From IMG/VR virus record IMGVR_UViG_3300037423_001455, positions 1-46,090 of that record: a stretch of 46,090 bases of DNA. The stretch is one strand, 5' to 3'. The number at the start of each line of letters is the position of its first letter. The first letter of the stretch is position 1. The translations under genes were made by a program, and so were the position numbers. Below the pieces are notes generated by a model, which was not told the DNA's origin, did not search any database, and saw only the letters and a list, made by a program, of their open reading frames with translations. Of this stretch, positions 16,745 to 26,298 are shown in pieces. Source of the stretch: a virus. Lineage: Duplodnaviria > Caudoviricetes.

Positions 16745-17815
16745 ATGTCCTGGGACAACTACGCCGAGGTGGTGCAGCAGCTGGACGCGCTGCTGACCGC
16801 CGAAGGCCGCACCTGGAAGACGCCGACCGAGAAGGATAGCCTCAGGGTCGACGGTCGCCGGCACGGCTTCGGAAAGCGCGGCACCTGCTGGTACCGTCTC
16901 CACACCTTCGCGCCTCGCAACAGCTCCCGGACCATCATCGTCGGGGCCTTCGGTTCCTGGAAGTCGGGCAAAGTCTTCAAGGTCGAATGGGACCGCGACA
17001 GCCTGAGCAAGGAATCGCTGGAGGCCTACCGTCACCAGCAGCAGCAGGCGAGAGAGCAGGCCCGCCGGGAAGCGGAGGAAGCTGCGGCGCTGGCCGCCAT
17101 GACCGCCGGCGAGCTCTGGGGCCGCGCAGTGCGCGTCGGCCACTCCCAGTATCTGGAGCGCAAGGGCCTGGAGCCGGAGGCGTGTCGCTTCTTGGCGGAG
17201 AAGATGGTGCTGGGCCGGCGTGATCCTAACGACAAGCCGATCTACCTGCCGGCCGGCACGCTGGTGCTGCCGCTGATCCGCTATGACCTGCCGCGCGAGG
17301 AGGCGCTCCGAGGCCTCCAGTTCATCAAGCCCGACGGCGGGAAGGTGTTCACCGAAGGCTTCGCAAAGTCAGGCTGCGCCATCCGGCTGGGGACCGTCGA
17401 TGACACCACTGGTGTGATCCTGGTCTGCGAGGGCTACGCCACGGGCCTGTCGATCCGCCTCGCAACGGGCCGGCGCTGGCCGGTGTTCGTCGCCCTGGAC
17501 GCCTACAACCTGCAGTGGGTCGTCGAGATTCTGCGGGCGCTGTATCCACCGGCGCACCTGTTGATCTGCGCGGACGACGACTGGAAGACGAAAGACCACG
17601 ATGGAGCGAACCCGGGTCGGCGCAAGGCCTGGAAGGTGGCCAAGACGACGCCTGGGTGCGAGATCGTTTGGCCCGTCTTCGATCCGGCCAGGCGGCAGCT
17701 GAAGGACACCGACTTCAACGACCTGCACCTGCGTCAAGGCCTGCCGGCGGTCGAACGGCAACTCGTGGGCGTGCTGAGCATGATCGAGGAGCGAAGGGAG
17801 GCCTGTGGAGCCTGA
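16745..17815 (+). CDS. TOPRIM primase (TraC/P4-alpha N-terminal-like)
   Basis: VCEGYATGLSI, ICADDD, TDFNDLH. Confidence 0.9.
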   Translation: MSWDNYAEVVQQLDALLTAEGRTWKTPTEKDSLRVDGRRHGFGKRGTCWYRLHTFAPRNSSRTIIVGAFGSWKSGKVFKVEWDRDSLSKESLEAYRHQQQQAREQARREAEEAAALAAMTAGELWGRAVRVGHSQYLERKGLEPEACRFLAEKMVLGRRDPNDKPIYLPAGTLVLPLIRYDLPREEALRGLQFIKPDGGKVFTEGFAKSGCAIRLGTVDDTTGVILVCEGYATGLSIRLATGRRWPVFVALDAYNLQWVVEILRALYPPAHLLICADDDWKTKDHDGANPGRRKAWKVAKTTPGCEIVWPVFDPARRQLKDTDFNDLHLRQGLPAVERQLVGVLSMIEERREACGA

Positions 17816-19367
17816 CGCGCCCGGCACGCCGTCCTCACCCTCGAAGGTCGTGGATCTCGCCTCCAGGCGGCCGGAGGGTGCAGCTGCGCCCCCGCCGGAA
17901 GCCCCGGCACCCCCTTCCGAAGAGAGCGCCGCAGGCGTGCAGTCGAAGGGGTCCGGGGGGCGGCGCCAGAAGAAGATCGACTGGGGCACCTTCAACTACA
18001 TGCTGGAGAACTTCGTCCTGGTGTACCCCACGGACACGGCATGGGACCGCGAAAAGCGCAAGCAGGTCAAGATCGCCAACATGGGCCACAAGTTCGGCAC
18101 GGACTATGTCCGGCTGTGGAAGGCCAATCCCAAGCGGCAGACGATCGACGAAGAGGACCTGGTCTTCGATCCGACGATGTCCTGCCCGCCCGAGGCCATC
18201 AACCTGTACGACGGCCTGGCGATCGAGCCGCAGCCATGCGACCCTGAAGAGGTCGACGTGATGCTGCAGCTGCTGGAGCACCTGTGCAGCCGCTGCGAGC
18301 CCGGCGAGGGCAGGGCGGATGTCCACCAGGTGATGCAGTGGGTGCTGCGCTGGCTGGCATTGCCGCTGCAGCGGCCAGGCGCGAAGCCTCGCACCGCGCT
18401 CGTCTTCCACGGTCCCCAGGGCACAGGCAAAAACCTGTTCTTCGACGTGATCCGCGGAATCTACGGGCGCTACGGCGTCATGGTCAGCCAGACCGAGATC
18501 GAGGAGAAGTACAACGGCTGGTTGTCAGCCAAGCTGCTGATCATCGCGAACGAGGTGGTCAGCCGGCAGGAGCTCTACCACCACAAGAATCGGCTCAAGT
18601 GGATCATCTCCGAGGCCGAGAAGATCCCGATCCGGACGATGAACACGGACACGCGCTGGGAGGCCAACCACGCGAATCTGATCTTCATCTCGAACGAAAA
18701 GCAGCCGCTGGCCCTCGAAATCGGCGATCGGCGCTACCTCGTGGTCTACACGCCGACGCCTGAGGACGGCGACCTGTATGACCGGGTGCGCGGGTTCCTG
18801 CAGGACGGTGGCGCTGCCAAGTTCTTCCACTTCCTCCTGCAGTACGACTTGGGCGACTTCGACGAACACACGAAGCCGCTGATGACCGAAGCGAAGGAGG
18901 AGCTGATCGGGCTGTCGATGCGGCCAGCTGAACGCTTCATGTCCGAGTGGATCGGCGGGTTCCTCAACCTCCCGGTGCAGGTTTGCTCCGCGGAGCAGCT
19001 GTACCGGGCCTTCCGACGATGGTGCGACGACAGCGGCGAGCGATGGCCGCCGGCGCAGGCGGCCTTCACCACCGATGCGAAGCGCTGGGCCTTGGAGCGG
19101 GTGGAATACGACGACCAGAAGCGCAAGCTGCCGCCCTGCCTGGCGTACACCGTGGCCACGCCGTCGACCAGGGACGGGCCCAGGAAGTCGGTGCGGTGCT
19201 GGCTGCCGCGAGGCACCGGGCCGCTGAGCGGGGTGTCGTTGGGCGACTGGGCCTGGGAGTCGGTCGAGGCCTTCGAGCTGCCGCTCGGGCGTTTCCTGCG
19301 CCGTCATGGTGCATCCGACGATGCGCCCCCGCCCCCCAAGCCGGGGAAGAGAGGGGAGGACGAGTGA
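17805..19367 (+). CDS. SF3-type (DUF5906-like) replicative helicase
   Basis: Walker A GPQGTGKN; IIANE; FISN; DRRY. Confidence 0.88.
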   Translation: MEPDAPGTPSSPSKVVDLASRRPEGAAAPPPEAPAPPSEESAAGVQSKGSGGRRQKKIDWGTFNYMLENFVLVYPTDTAWDREKRKQVKIANMGHKFGTDYVRLWKANPKRQTIDEEDLVFDPTMSCPPEAINLYDGLAIEPQPCDPEEVDVMLQLLEHLCSRCEPGEGRADVHQVMQWVLRWLALPLQRPGAKPRTALVFHGPQGTGKNLFFDVIRGIYGRYGVMVSQTEIEEKYNGWLSAKLLIIANEVVSRQELYHHKNRLKWIISEAEKIPIRTMNTDTRWEANHANLIFISNEKQPLALEIGDRRYLVVYTPTPEDGDLYDRVRGFLQDGGAAKFFHFLLQYDLGDFDEHTKPLMTEAKEELIGLSMRPAERFMSEWIGGFLNLPVQVCSAEQLYRAFRRWCDDSGERWPPAQAAFTTDAKRWALERVEYDDQKRKLPPCLAYTVATPSTRDGPRKSVRCWLPRGTGPLSGVSLGDWAWESVEAFELPLGRFLRRHGASDDAPPPPKPGKRGEDE

Positions 19368-19370
19368 GCG

Positions 19371-19580
19371 ACTTACGGCACTTACGGCGGTCACTTACGC
19401 GCGCAACCCGCGCCATTACGTCACTTACGGCCCTTACGCCACTCTCCCGCGTATGCGCGCGGGTGCGTGTGCGCAGGCGTGCGGGCGCGCGCATGCGTGA
19501 GGCGCACCCCCCGTAAGTGGCGTAAGTGACGTAAGCACGCGGGTTCGCGGCGTAAGCACGCGCGTATGTGGGCGTAAGTG
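19371..19580. repeat. Convergent iteron array, probable replication origin
   Basis: CTTACG at 19372, 19381, 19394, 19424, 19433; CGTAAG at 19512, 19521, 19530, 19551, 19573. Confidence 0.85.
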
Positions 19581-19636
19581 ACACGTGTCTCTTTTTTTCC
19601 AAAAGGGAAGAAGAGGGAGAAAGGGAAAGGCCAGCA

Positions 19637-19969
19637 ATGAACCGAGATTCCGAAGCCGCCCTGGCGCCGAGCTTCGTCGCGCCGGACCGCTCGATGCGGG
19701 TGCCGCCCGGCATGGTCGTGCGCACGGGCTACGTCAGCGTCTGGAAGTGCCAGCTCGGGAGCCGTGCCTCGATGGCTGTCGGTGACGTTGCGGACGCGCA
19801 CCGCCGGCTGCTGCAGCTCGGACCCGACACGCTGTGGCCCTGCATCAACGGCGAGTGGAGCGGCAGCGAGGTGTTCGTCATCCATGACGGGCGGCACGAG
19901 TACATCGCCTCGCTGATGCTGGGACGTGCGTACGTCCTGGTTGCATGGCTGGAATCGGCGGCGGCTTGA
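19637..19969 (+). CDS. Stand-alone ParB/Srx-like N-terminal domain protein
   Basis: WPCING...FVIHDGRHEYIASLMLG. Confidence 0.6.
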   Translation: MNRDSEAALAPSFVAPDRSMRVPPGMVVRTGYVSVWKCQLGSRASMAVGDVADAHRRLLQLGPDTLWPCINGEWSGSEVFVIHDGRHEYIASLMLGRAYVLVAWLESAAA

Positions 19970-19971
19970 CC

Positions 19972-20781
19972 ATGGAGTTCTCGATCCAGACCGACCTAGT
20001 CAAGGGCGCCGAGGCGCTGGGCAAGCAGGCCCGCCAGTACCGCTTCGCCCTGGAACGCACGATCCGCGGCGGCGCCTACCGCATCCGCGCCGTGGAGCAG
20101 GAAGAGATCCGGAAGGTGTTCGACCGGCCGACGCCCTTCATCGTCAACAGCGTGACGGTTAAGGACGAGGCGAAGGCGAAGCTGCGCGCCGAGGTGTTCT
20201 TTCGCTACCCTGGCGGCAAGACCACGCCTCCGGAGAAGGTGCTGGCCGCCGAGATCCTAGGCGGGCCGCGCCGTGCCAAGCGGGCTGAGGTGGCGCTACG
20301 CCGTGTCGGCATCCTCCCCCAGGGCTACTTCCTCGTGCCGGGCAAAGGCATCGCTGCCGACAAGGTGGACCAGTACGGCAACGTGAAGGGCAGCTTCATC
20401 GTGCAGCTGCTGTCGTACTTCCGCGCATTCAGCGAGCAGGGCTACCGGGCCAACATGACGGACCGCAGGCGGGCGCAGCTGGCCAAGGTCAAGCGCACTG
20501 AGCGTGGCTTCAAGATTATCCAGGGCGTGCAGTACTTCGTGAGCTACGGCCGGCTGCGGTCGCTGTCGATGGCGAGCGACAAGATGTCGAGCCTGGCGCC
20601 CGGCATCTGGTCTCGCCGTGGCATCCATGGCAGCAACGTGCAGTCCGTGCTCATGTTCGTGCGCCAGCCGACCTATGCCGAGCGCTTCGACTTCGTCGGC
20701 GTGGGCGAGCGCGTCGTGCGGCAGGAGATCCCGGGCATGCACGCGGCCTACCTGCGGCAGGCGCTGGAGACGGCACGGTGA
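19972..20781 (+). CDS. Phage protein, gpZ-like minor tail/neck family
   Basis: VFDRPTPF motif; position just upstream of terminase. Confidence 0.6.
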   Translation: MEFSIQTDLVKGAEALGKQARQYRFALERTIRGGAYRIRAVEQEEIRKVFDRPTPFIVNSVTVKDEAKAKLRAEVFFRYPGGKTTPPEKVLAAEILGGPRRAKRAEVALRRVGILPQGYFLVPGKGIAADKVDQYGNVKGSFIVQLLSYFRAFSEQGYRANMTDRRRAQLAKVKRTERGFKIIQGVQYFVSYGRLRSLSMASDKMSSLAPGIWSRRGIHGSNVQSVLMFVRQPTYAERFDFVGVGERVVRQEIPGMHAAYLRQALETAR

Positions 20782-20845
20782 GCAGCCTGCAGCGTGCCAC
20801 CTCCGCGACCTCGTTGCGTCCGAGCGGCTGTTGCATGGCCGCGAC

Positions 20846-20968
20846 GGGTCCTTCCAGCGAGCCGCGCCGCACGGGTAATTCGAACCCCGCCGCCGCGCCA
20901 GTGCACGGCCCGTCGAATAGTTGACGGGACGGTTGACGATGCCCAAAACCGACCCGAATTTGTTGACG
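20846..20968 (+). other. cos-like packaging site
   Basis: Lambda cosQ heptamer GGGTCCT at 20846-20852; GTTGACG x3 at 20920, 20932, 20962; start of terS. Confidence 0.55.
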
Positions 20969-21583
20969 ATCAGCGAGTACGCGCGCAGTCGGAAGGCACG
21001 CGGGCTGTCGGGCGGGACGAAGCAGGCCGTCCACAAGGCGATCGCAGAGAAGCGGATCAGCGCCTTCGGTCCTGACAAGCTGATCGATGCGCAGCTGGCC
21101 GATTCGCAGTGGGATCGGAACACGCGGGCGCGCGTCGCCGCTGCCAGCCAGGCGCCCGACCTGGCGCGGAGGGGGGATGCCGAAGTGCCTCGGCCGGATC
21201 TGCCCGACCTGGCGGCAGCGGCGGCCGGCGCCCCGGAGGTGCCCTCGCCCGAGCAGGTTCCGCAGCAGCTGCACGCCGAACCCGGATACCTGAAGTCGCG
21301 CGCGGCCCAGGCCGAGGCAGACGCGCGGATCGCTAGGCTGAAGGCGGCGGAGCTGGAAGGCCAGCTGGTGCGCATCGACCAAGTGCGCTCGGAGCTCGCA
21401 TCGCGACTGGCACCGGTTCGGGAAGGCCTGCTGCAGATCCCGGCGCGCATCGCGTCGACCTTGGCTGCCCAATCGGACCCCGGCCGCATCCAGACGCTGC
21501 TCGAGGCCGAAATCCACCAGGTGCTCGCGCCTCTCGCCCGTCCAGACCCGGCGGATGCTGCAGTTTCAGGGGGAGAGGGGTGA
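20939..21583 (+). CDS. terS: Terminase small subunit (Nu1-like)
   Basis: N-terminal wHTH (TISEYAR...KQAVHKAI), coiled coil, GQLVRIDQV; overlaps terL. Confidence 0.85.
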   Translation: MPKTDPNLLTISEYARSRKARGLSGGTKQAVHKAIAEKRISAFGPDKLIDAQLADSQWDRNTRARVAAASQAPDLARRGDAEVPRPDLPDLAAAAAGAPEVPSPEQVPQQLHAEPGYLKSRAAQAEADARIARLKAAELEGQLVRIDQVRSELASRLAPVREGLLQIPARIASTLAAQSDPGRIQTLLEAEIHQVLAPLARPDPADAAVSGGEG

Positions 21584-23595
21584 GCGCGCGCGATCTCCCC
21601 GATCACCAGGCCCGTGCCGCGGAGGTGGTGGGCCAATGCCTATCGCAATACCTCGCGCCTCCGCCGCGGGTGAGCGTGTGGGAATGGGCGGGGCGATTCC
21701 GGCACATCGCGAAGGGGCCGGAACGCGGCCGCTGGCGCAACGAGCGCACGCCCTACCTGGTTGAGCCAATGGAGTGCGCGTCCTCGCACAACCTGTACCA
21801 GCAGGTGGTGCTGATGTTCGCCACCCAGATGGGGAAGACGGAAATCCTCTACAACTCGCTCCTGCAGCGGATCCACACCGAGCCGCAGGACATGATGATG
21901 GTTCAGCCGACGCTGCAGGATGCGCAGGACCACAGCTCCAAGCGTTTCCTGCCGACGGTAATCGCCACCCCGGTGCTCGCGGGAAAGGTAGCGGTCCGGA
22001 AGTCGCGCGACGAGTCCACCAGCTGGCGCAGCCGCACGATCCAGGGCGACTTCGCCGTGTTCTTCGCCGGCGCGAACTCCGCATCCTCGCTCGCGTCCAA
22101 GCCACTCGGCTTTGCCCTGGCGGACGAGGTCGACAAGTGGCCAGCAGACGTCGACAACGAAGGACCGCCGCTCGGCCTGCTCGAGGAGCGCATGAGCAAC
22201 TTCGCACGCCGCAAGTTGCTGATCGCGTCGACACCGACGGTGAAGGACGGGTCGGAAATCGAGCGGCGCTACCTGGCCAGCGATCGCCGCAGGTACTTTG
22301 TCCCGTGCCCGCACTGCGGCGAGTTCCAGGTGCTGGTCTGGGGCGAGGACCAGGACTACGGGATCAAGTGGCTGCACACCGCCGCCGGCGCGCCGCGCCC
22401 CGAGAGCGCGGTGTACATCTGTAGGCACTGTGCCAAGTCGATCAGGGAGCACCACAAGACGCAGATGCTCGCGGAGGGGGCGTGGCGCGCCGAGCTGCCT
22501 GGCGCCTCGGCCGGGAAGGTCGCGGGCTTCTGGATCAACAAGATCTACTCGCCGCTCGGATGGCGGTCCTGGGAGGAACTGGTCGAGGAGTGGATTGCAG
22601 CCCTGGAGCAATCCCGTATCGGCAACAGTGGCCCTTTGAAGAAATTCCGAAACTCCAGTCTGGCGGAGACCTTCAAGGAAAGCGGCAGCGGCGCCGACCA
22701 CAAGGACCTGGCAAACCGTGCCGAGAACTATCAGATGGGTGTGGTGCCGCGGCGTGGCCTGATGCTCACGATGGGGACCGATACGCAGCCGGACCGCCTG
22801 GAGGCCCGGGTGTGGGCCTGGGGTCGCGGCGAGGAGTGCTGGCTGGTCGCCAGGCACATCGTTTACGGCGATCCCAACATCGAGGAGGGCCAGCCTGGCT
22901 CACCCTGGACCGACCTCACGCGCGTCCGACGCACGCCGGTGGAACACGAGGCCGGAACCTTCATGCTGATCGAGGCGACGTCGATTGACATCCAGGGCCA
23001 CAACACTGACGCCGTATACAAGTACTGCCGCGAGCATGGGCGCGAGAACGTCCTAGCTGTGCGCGGCGACAAGACCATCGGCGAGCCGGTACTAAAGCGC
23101 CCGAAGCTAATCGACGTGACCTGGCGCGGGAAGACCGTCCGCAACGGCGTGAAGCTGTGGAACCTCTGCGTCGACACGGCAAAGCACCTGTTCTACGGCC
23201 GGCTGAAGCTCTCCGCGGGCGGCGGCGGCTACATCCACGTCCCCGAGGCACTCAAGATGACCGACGAATTCGAGCAGATGTGCGCGGAACGCCTCATGCC
23301 CACGATCTCCGCCGGCAAGAAAGTGATGCGGTGGGTGCTGCCGGCGGGAAAGCGCAACGAGGCGCTGGATTGCTGGAACTATGCCTATGCCGCGGCGTGC
23401 TACCTGGGCATACAGAGCTACCGCGAGCCGAGCTGGGCGCGTCGCGAGCAGAAGTACTGTCCGGCGCGCGACTTGTTCACGGGAGTGGATACGTCTCCAC
23501 CCAAATCTGCCGCGGCAACGGGCACGGCTCCTTCGTCCGCGGTGGGCGCTGTCCGTGGCCGTATTTCGCTCACTGGGTGGAAGCGCGGCGAATGA
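21580..23595 (+). CDS. terL: Terminase large subunit, lambda GpA family
   Basis: ATQMGKTE, LADEVD, ASTPT, CPHCG/CRHC, RNEALDC. Confidence 0.95.
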   Translation: MSARDLPDHQARAAEVVGQCLSQYLAPPPRVSVWEWAGRFRHIAKGPERGRWRNERTPYLVEPMECASSHNLYQQVVLMFATQMGKTEILYNSLLQRIHTEPQDMMMVQPTLQDAQDHSSKRFLPTVIATPVLAGKVAVRKSRDESTSWRSRTIQGDFAVFFAGANSASSLASKPLGFALADEVDKWPADVDNEGPPLGLLEERMSNFARRKLLIASTPTVKDGSEIERRYLASDRRRYFVPCPHCGEFQVLVWGEDQDYGIKWLHTAAGAPRPESAVYICRHCAKSIREHHKTQMLAEGAWRAELPGASAGKVAGFWINKIYSPLGWRSWEELVEEWIAALEQSRIGNSGPLKKFRNSSLAETFKESGSGADHKDLANRAENYQMGVVPRRGLMLTMGTDTQPDRLEARVWAWGRGEECWLVARHIVYGDPNIEEGQPGSPWTDLTRVRRTPVEHEAGTFMLIEATSIDIQGHNTDAVYKYCREHGRENVLAVRGDKTIGEPVLKRPKLIDVTWRGKTVRNGVKLWNLCVDTAKHLFYGRLKLSAGGGGYIHVPEALKMTDEFEQMCAERLMPTISAGKKVMRWVLPAGKRNEALDCWNYAYAAACYLGIQSYREPSWARREQKYCPARDLFTGVDTSPPKSAAATGTAPSSAVGAVRGRISLTGWKRGE

Positions 23596-23897
23596 AGCGC
23601 GATCCATTCGCCGTCTCAGCTGACCTCGGGGAAGACTGCGACATCGTCCGCGAGATCCTGCAGCTGGTGATCGAACTGACGTCGCTGGACCCGCATGTCG
23701 CCGACGGTATCGAGGCGGAGCTGCGCGCGCGGTACGGTGGCCAGCGGGTGCGCATTCCGAAGCGGGGCAAGCATCTGCGACCTGAGCAACGCGCGCAGGT
23801 CTTCCAGGAAGCGCTCACCGACATGCCGACGGAGGAAATCCTCAAGAAGCACAAGATCAGCGCCAGGTCGCTGCGGCGCTGGCTGAAGCAGGGCTGA
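23592..23897 (+). CDS. Mor/C-family late transcription activator
   Basis: YGGQRVRIPK hairpin plus C-terminal HTH. Confidence 0.75.
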   Translation: MKRDPFAVSADLGEDCDIVREILQLVIELTSLDPHVADGIEAELRARYGGQRVRIPKRGKHLRPEQRAQVFQEALTDMPTEEILKKHKISARSLRRWLKQG

Positions 23898-23902
23898 TGT
23901 CG

Positions 23903-23944
23903 GGCCAATTTGCCCTGTTTCGAGACGCCCACCCTTCCTAGACT
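23903..23944 (+). promoter_or_regulatory. Activator-dependent late promoter 1
   Basis: GGCCAATTTGCCCTGTTT, with -10 TAGACT 36 nt from motif start. Confidence 0.7.
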
Positions 23945-23953
23945 GCCGCCACC

Positions 23954-24178
23954 ATGGCCGGAATCACATCCGCACAAGCACAGGAGCACCTCGACGCCTA
24001 TCTCGCCGCCGAGAAGGCTGCACTCTCCGGGCAGTCATACGAGATCGGGGACCGACGCCTCACGCGCGCGAACCTGGCGGAGATCCGCCAGGGCATCGAG
24101 TACTGGAATGCGCAGCTGCGCGACCTCTCCAGGCCGCCTGGACGGTCGAGGGCGCGAACCATCATCCCAGGAGGCTGA
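23954..24178 (+). CDS. gpW-like head-tail joining protein
   Basis: GQSYEIGDRRLTRANLAEIR. Confidence 0.85.
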   Translation: MAGITSAQAQEHLDAYLAAEKAALSGQSYEIGDRRLTRANLAEIRQGIEYWNAQLRDLSRPPGRSRARTIIPGG

Positions 24179-24182
24179 AAGC

Positions 24183-25928
24183 GTGTCGGGCAATCCTCCG
24201 TCATTGTGGGTCCGTACCAGCCGCTTCGTCTCGGAACTGTTGGCGCGGGGACCAGCACCGCGGCCGGTCGTCGACGCGCCACCGTCGACCAAGACCAAGA
24301 CACTGGCAGGCGGCGGTTACAGGGGCGCGCGGATAGATCTCGCCCAGCTCTCGCGCTGGTGGCCGTCGGCCGGTTCCCCGCGTGCCGACATCATCCGCGA
24401 CCTGCCGACGCTGCGGGCGCGCAGTCGGGACCAGATGCGCAACGCCCCCGTGGCGCTGGGTGCACTGAACACCGAGGTGAACAACGTAGTCGGCACGGGC
24501 CTGTCCTGCCGGCCCGCGATCAACGGGAAGCTGCTCGGACTGAGCGACGAGCAGGTGACTGCGTGGCAGGACGACGTCGCATTCCGTTTCGACGAATGGG
24601 CGAGCTCGCGCGAAAGTGACGCTGCGCGTGCGACCGATTTCTATGGGCTCCAGGAGCTGACGTTCCGATCCTTCCTTGAATCGGGAGACGTGTTCGTGAT
24701 GACGCCGCGGCTTGAACGTGCGGCCGGCGGAAAGCGACTGGCCCTACAGGTGATAGAAGCCGACCGTTGCTGCAATCCCGACCGCAAGCAGGACACCGAC
24801 ACGCTCGTCGATGGCGTCGAAATCCGGCCGGAGACTGGCGAGGCGATCGCGTACCACTTTGCAAAGGTCCACCCGGGCGAGCCGATGTCGCTGGCCGTAG
24901 GGGCGAACAGCTGGAAGCGGGTGGAGGCGCGCGGCCAGACGGGGCGCCGCGCCGTGCTGCACCTGATGAAGCGGCTGCGACCCGATCAAGTGCGCGGAGT
25001 GCCGTGGATCGCACCTATCCTCGAGCCCCTCAAGCAGTTGCAGCGCTGGACCGACGCAGAGCTGAATGCAGCGGTCGTTTCCAGCCTGATGTCCGTCTTC
25101 ATCAAGATGGACCCGGACGCGTTCGACACCTTGTTCGAGGAGGACGCGCAGGATGCCATCGTGTCGAAGGCGACTTCCTGGTCCGGTGAGATCGAATCGG
25201 GGAAGGCGGTCAACCTGCTGCCTGGCGAAGAAATCCAGACCCCCACGCCGGGGAGGCCGAATCCTGAATTCGACCCCTTCTGGCAGGCCGCTGTGCGCCA
25301 GATCGGCATGGCCTTGGGCATGCCTTTCGAGGTGCTCGTGATGCACTTCCAGAGTAGCTACAGCGCGGCGCGTGCGGCGTTGCTGATGGCATGGAAGGAG
25401 TGGCGCGGACGCAGAGACTTCCTCGCTAAGGAGTTATGCCAGCCCGGATACGAGCTGTGGCTGGCCGACGAGGTGGCCGAGGGACGAGTTCAGGCGGCGG
25501 GCTTCTTCACGGATCCGGTCCTGCGCGCTGCCTGGTGCGGTGCCGAGTGGACTGGCGACGCGCTGGGCAGCCTGGACCCGGTGAAAGAAGCCGAGGCCGC
25601 CGAAAAGCGCATTGCCCTGAACATCAGCAGCAAGGACGCCGAAAGTATCGCGCACGACGGCATTCCGTGGATCGTCAAGCACCGCCAGCGCGTGCGAGAG
25701 GAGCAGGCCGAGCGCGCGGACGGGTTGGCAGCCGACCCGCTGGCAGCGGAAGAGGCACAGCAGCAGCGCAGGAACGACCGGAAGCAGCAGAACAACGACG
25801 GACAGACGCAAGCGCTCGCGGAGATCGAGCGCCTGCAGGCGTCGGTGTTGGCGTTGGATCGGAAGATCGACGTCTTGATGGCATCACTGGCCAGGCCGCA
25901 AGTGACGGCCCTCAACACGCCGCCGTGA
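24183..25928 (+). CDS. Portal protein, lambda family
   Basis: LRARSRDQMRN, QVRGVPW, SYSAARAALL, LDPVKEA. Confidence 0.93.
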   Translation: MSGNPPSLWVRTSRFVSELLARGPAPRPVVDAPPSTKTKTLAGGGYRGARIDLAQLSRWWPSAGSPRADIIRDLPTLRARSRDQMRNAPVALGALNTEVNNVVGTGLSCRPAINGKLLGLSDEQVTAWQDDVAFRFDEWASSRESDAARATDFYGLQELTFRSFLESGDVFVMTPRLERAAGGKRLALQVIEADRCCNPDRKQDTDTLVDGVEIRPETGEAIAYHFAKVHPGEPMSLAVGANSWKRVEARGQTGRRAVLHLMKRLRPDQVRGVPWIAPILEPLKQLQRWTDAELNAAVVSSLMSVFIKMDPDAFDTLFEEDAQDAIVSKATSWSGEIESGKAVNLLPGEEIQTPTPGRPNPEFDPFWQAAVRQIGMALGMPFEVLVMHFQSSYSAARAALLMAWKEWRGRRDFLAKELCQPGYELWLADEVAEGRVQAAGFFTDPVLRAAWCGAEWTGDALGSLDPVKEAEAAEKRIALNISSKDAESIAHDGIPWIVKHRQRVREEQAERADGLAADPLAAEEAQQQRRNDRKQQNNDGQTQALAEIERLQASVLALDRKIDVLMASLARPQVTALNTPP

Positions 25929-25934
25929 CTCTCC

Positions 25935-25976
25935 GGCCAATTTGCCCTGTTTTTTCGTGCTCGCGCGAAATATGGT
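25935..25976 (+). promoter_or_regulatory. Activator-dependent late promoter 2
   Basis: Identical 18-mer, with -10 TATGGT at the same 36-nt offset. Confidence 0.7.
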
Positions 25977-25984
25977 TCACGCTC

Positions 25985-26089
25985 ATGAACTGCGCCGGAG
26001 ACTCGTTCGAGAGCTACAGCTTCAGCATCGTCGCCAACTCGCGCGAGAAGGCGAAGGCGACGGCGGCCGCCGAGAGGACCGCGGCATGA
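25985..26089 (+). CDS. 34-aa hypothetical protein
   Basis: ATG just after promoter 2; ATGA overlap with next ORF. Confidence 0.4.
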   Translation: MNCAGDSFESYSFSIVANSREKAKATAAAERTAA

Positions 26090-26298
26090 ACGAGCGGGAA
26101 GTGCTCGCCTACCCCCGGTTCGTGCAGAACCCGAGCGGCAGTGCCACGGACCGCAGCTCGGTGATCGCGCGGTTCATGGTCGGCCAGGACTTCTGCGACC
26201 GAACGAGCGAGGCGAAGACGGTCTACATCATCACGCGCATCGATCATGAGGGCATCTGGGGCATCGAGCGCGAGGAATCGCTGGAGCCGAGCAAATGA
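26086..26298 (+). CDS. Hypothetical protein inserted in head operon
   Basis: GAGG RBS; overlaps S49 start. Confidence 0.6.
   Translation: MNEREVLAYPRFVQNPSGSATDRSSVIARFMVGQDFCDRTSEAKTVYIITRIDHEGIWGIEREESLEPSK

Noticed and set aside
19371-19580. CRISPR-like array
   Set aside because: Repeats are 6-8 bp, irregularly spaced and convergent; no cas genes
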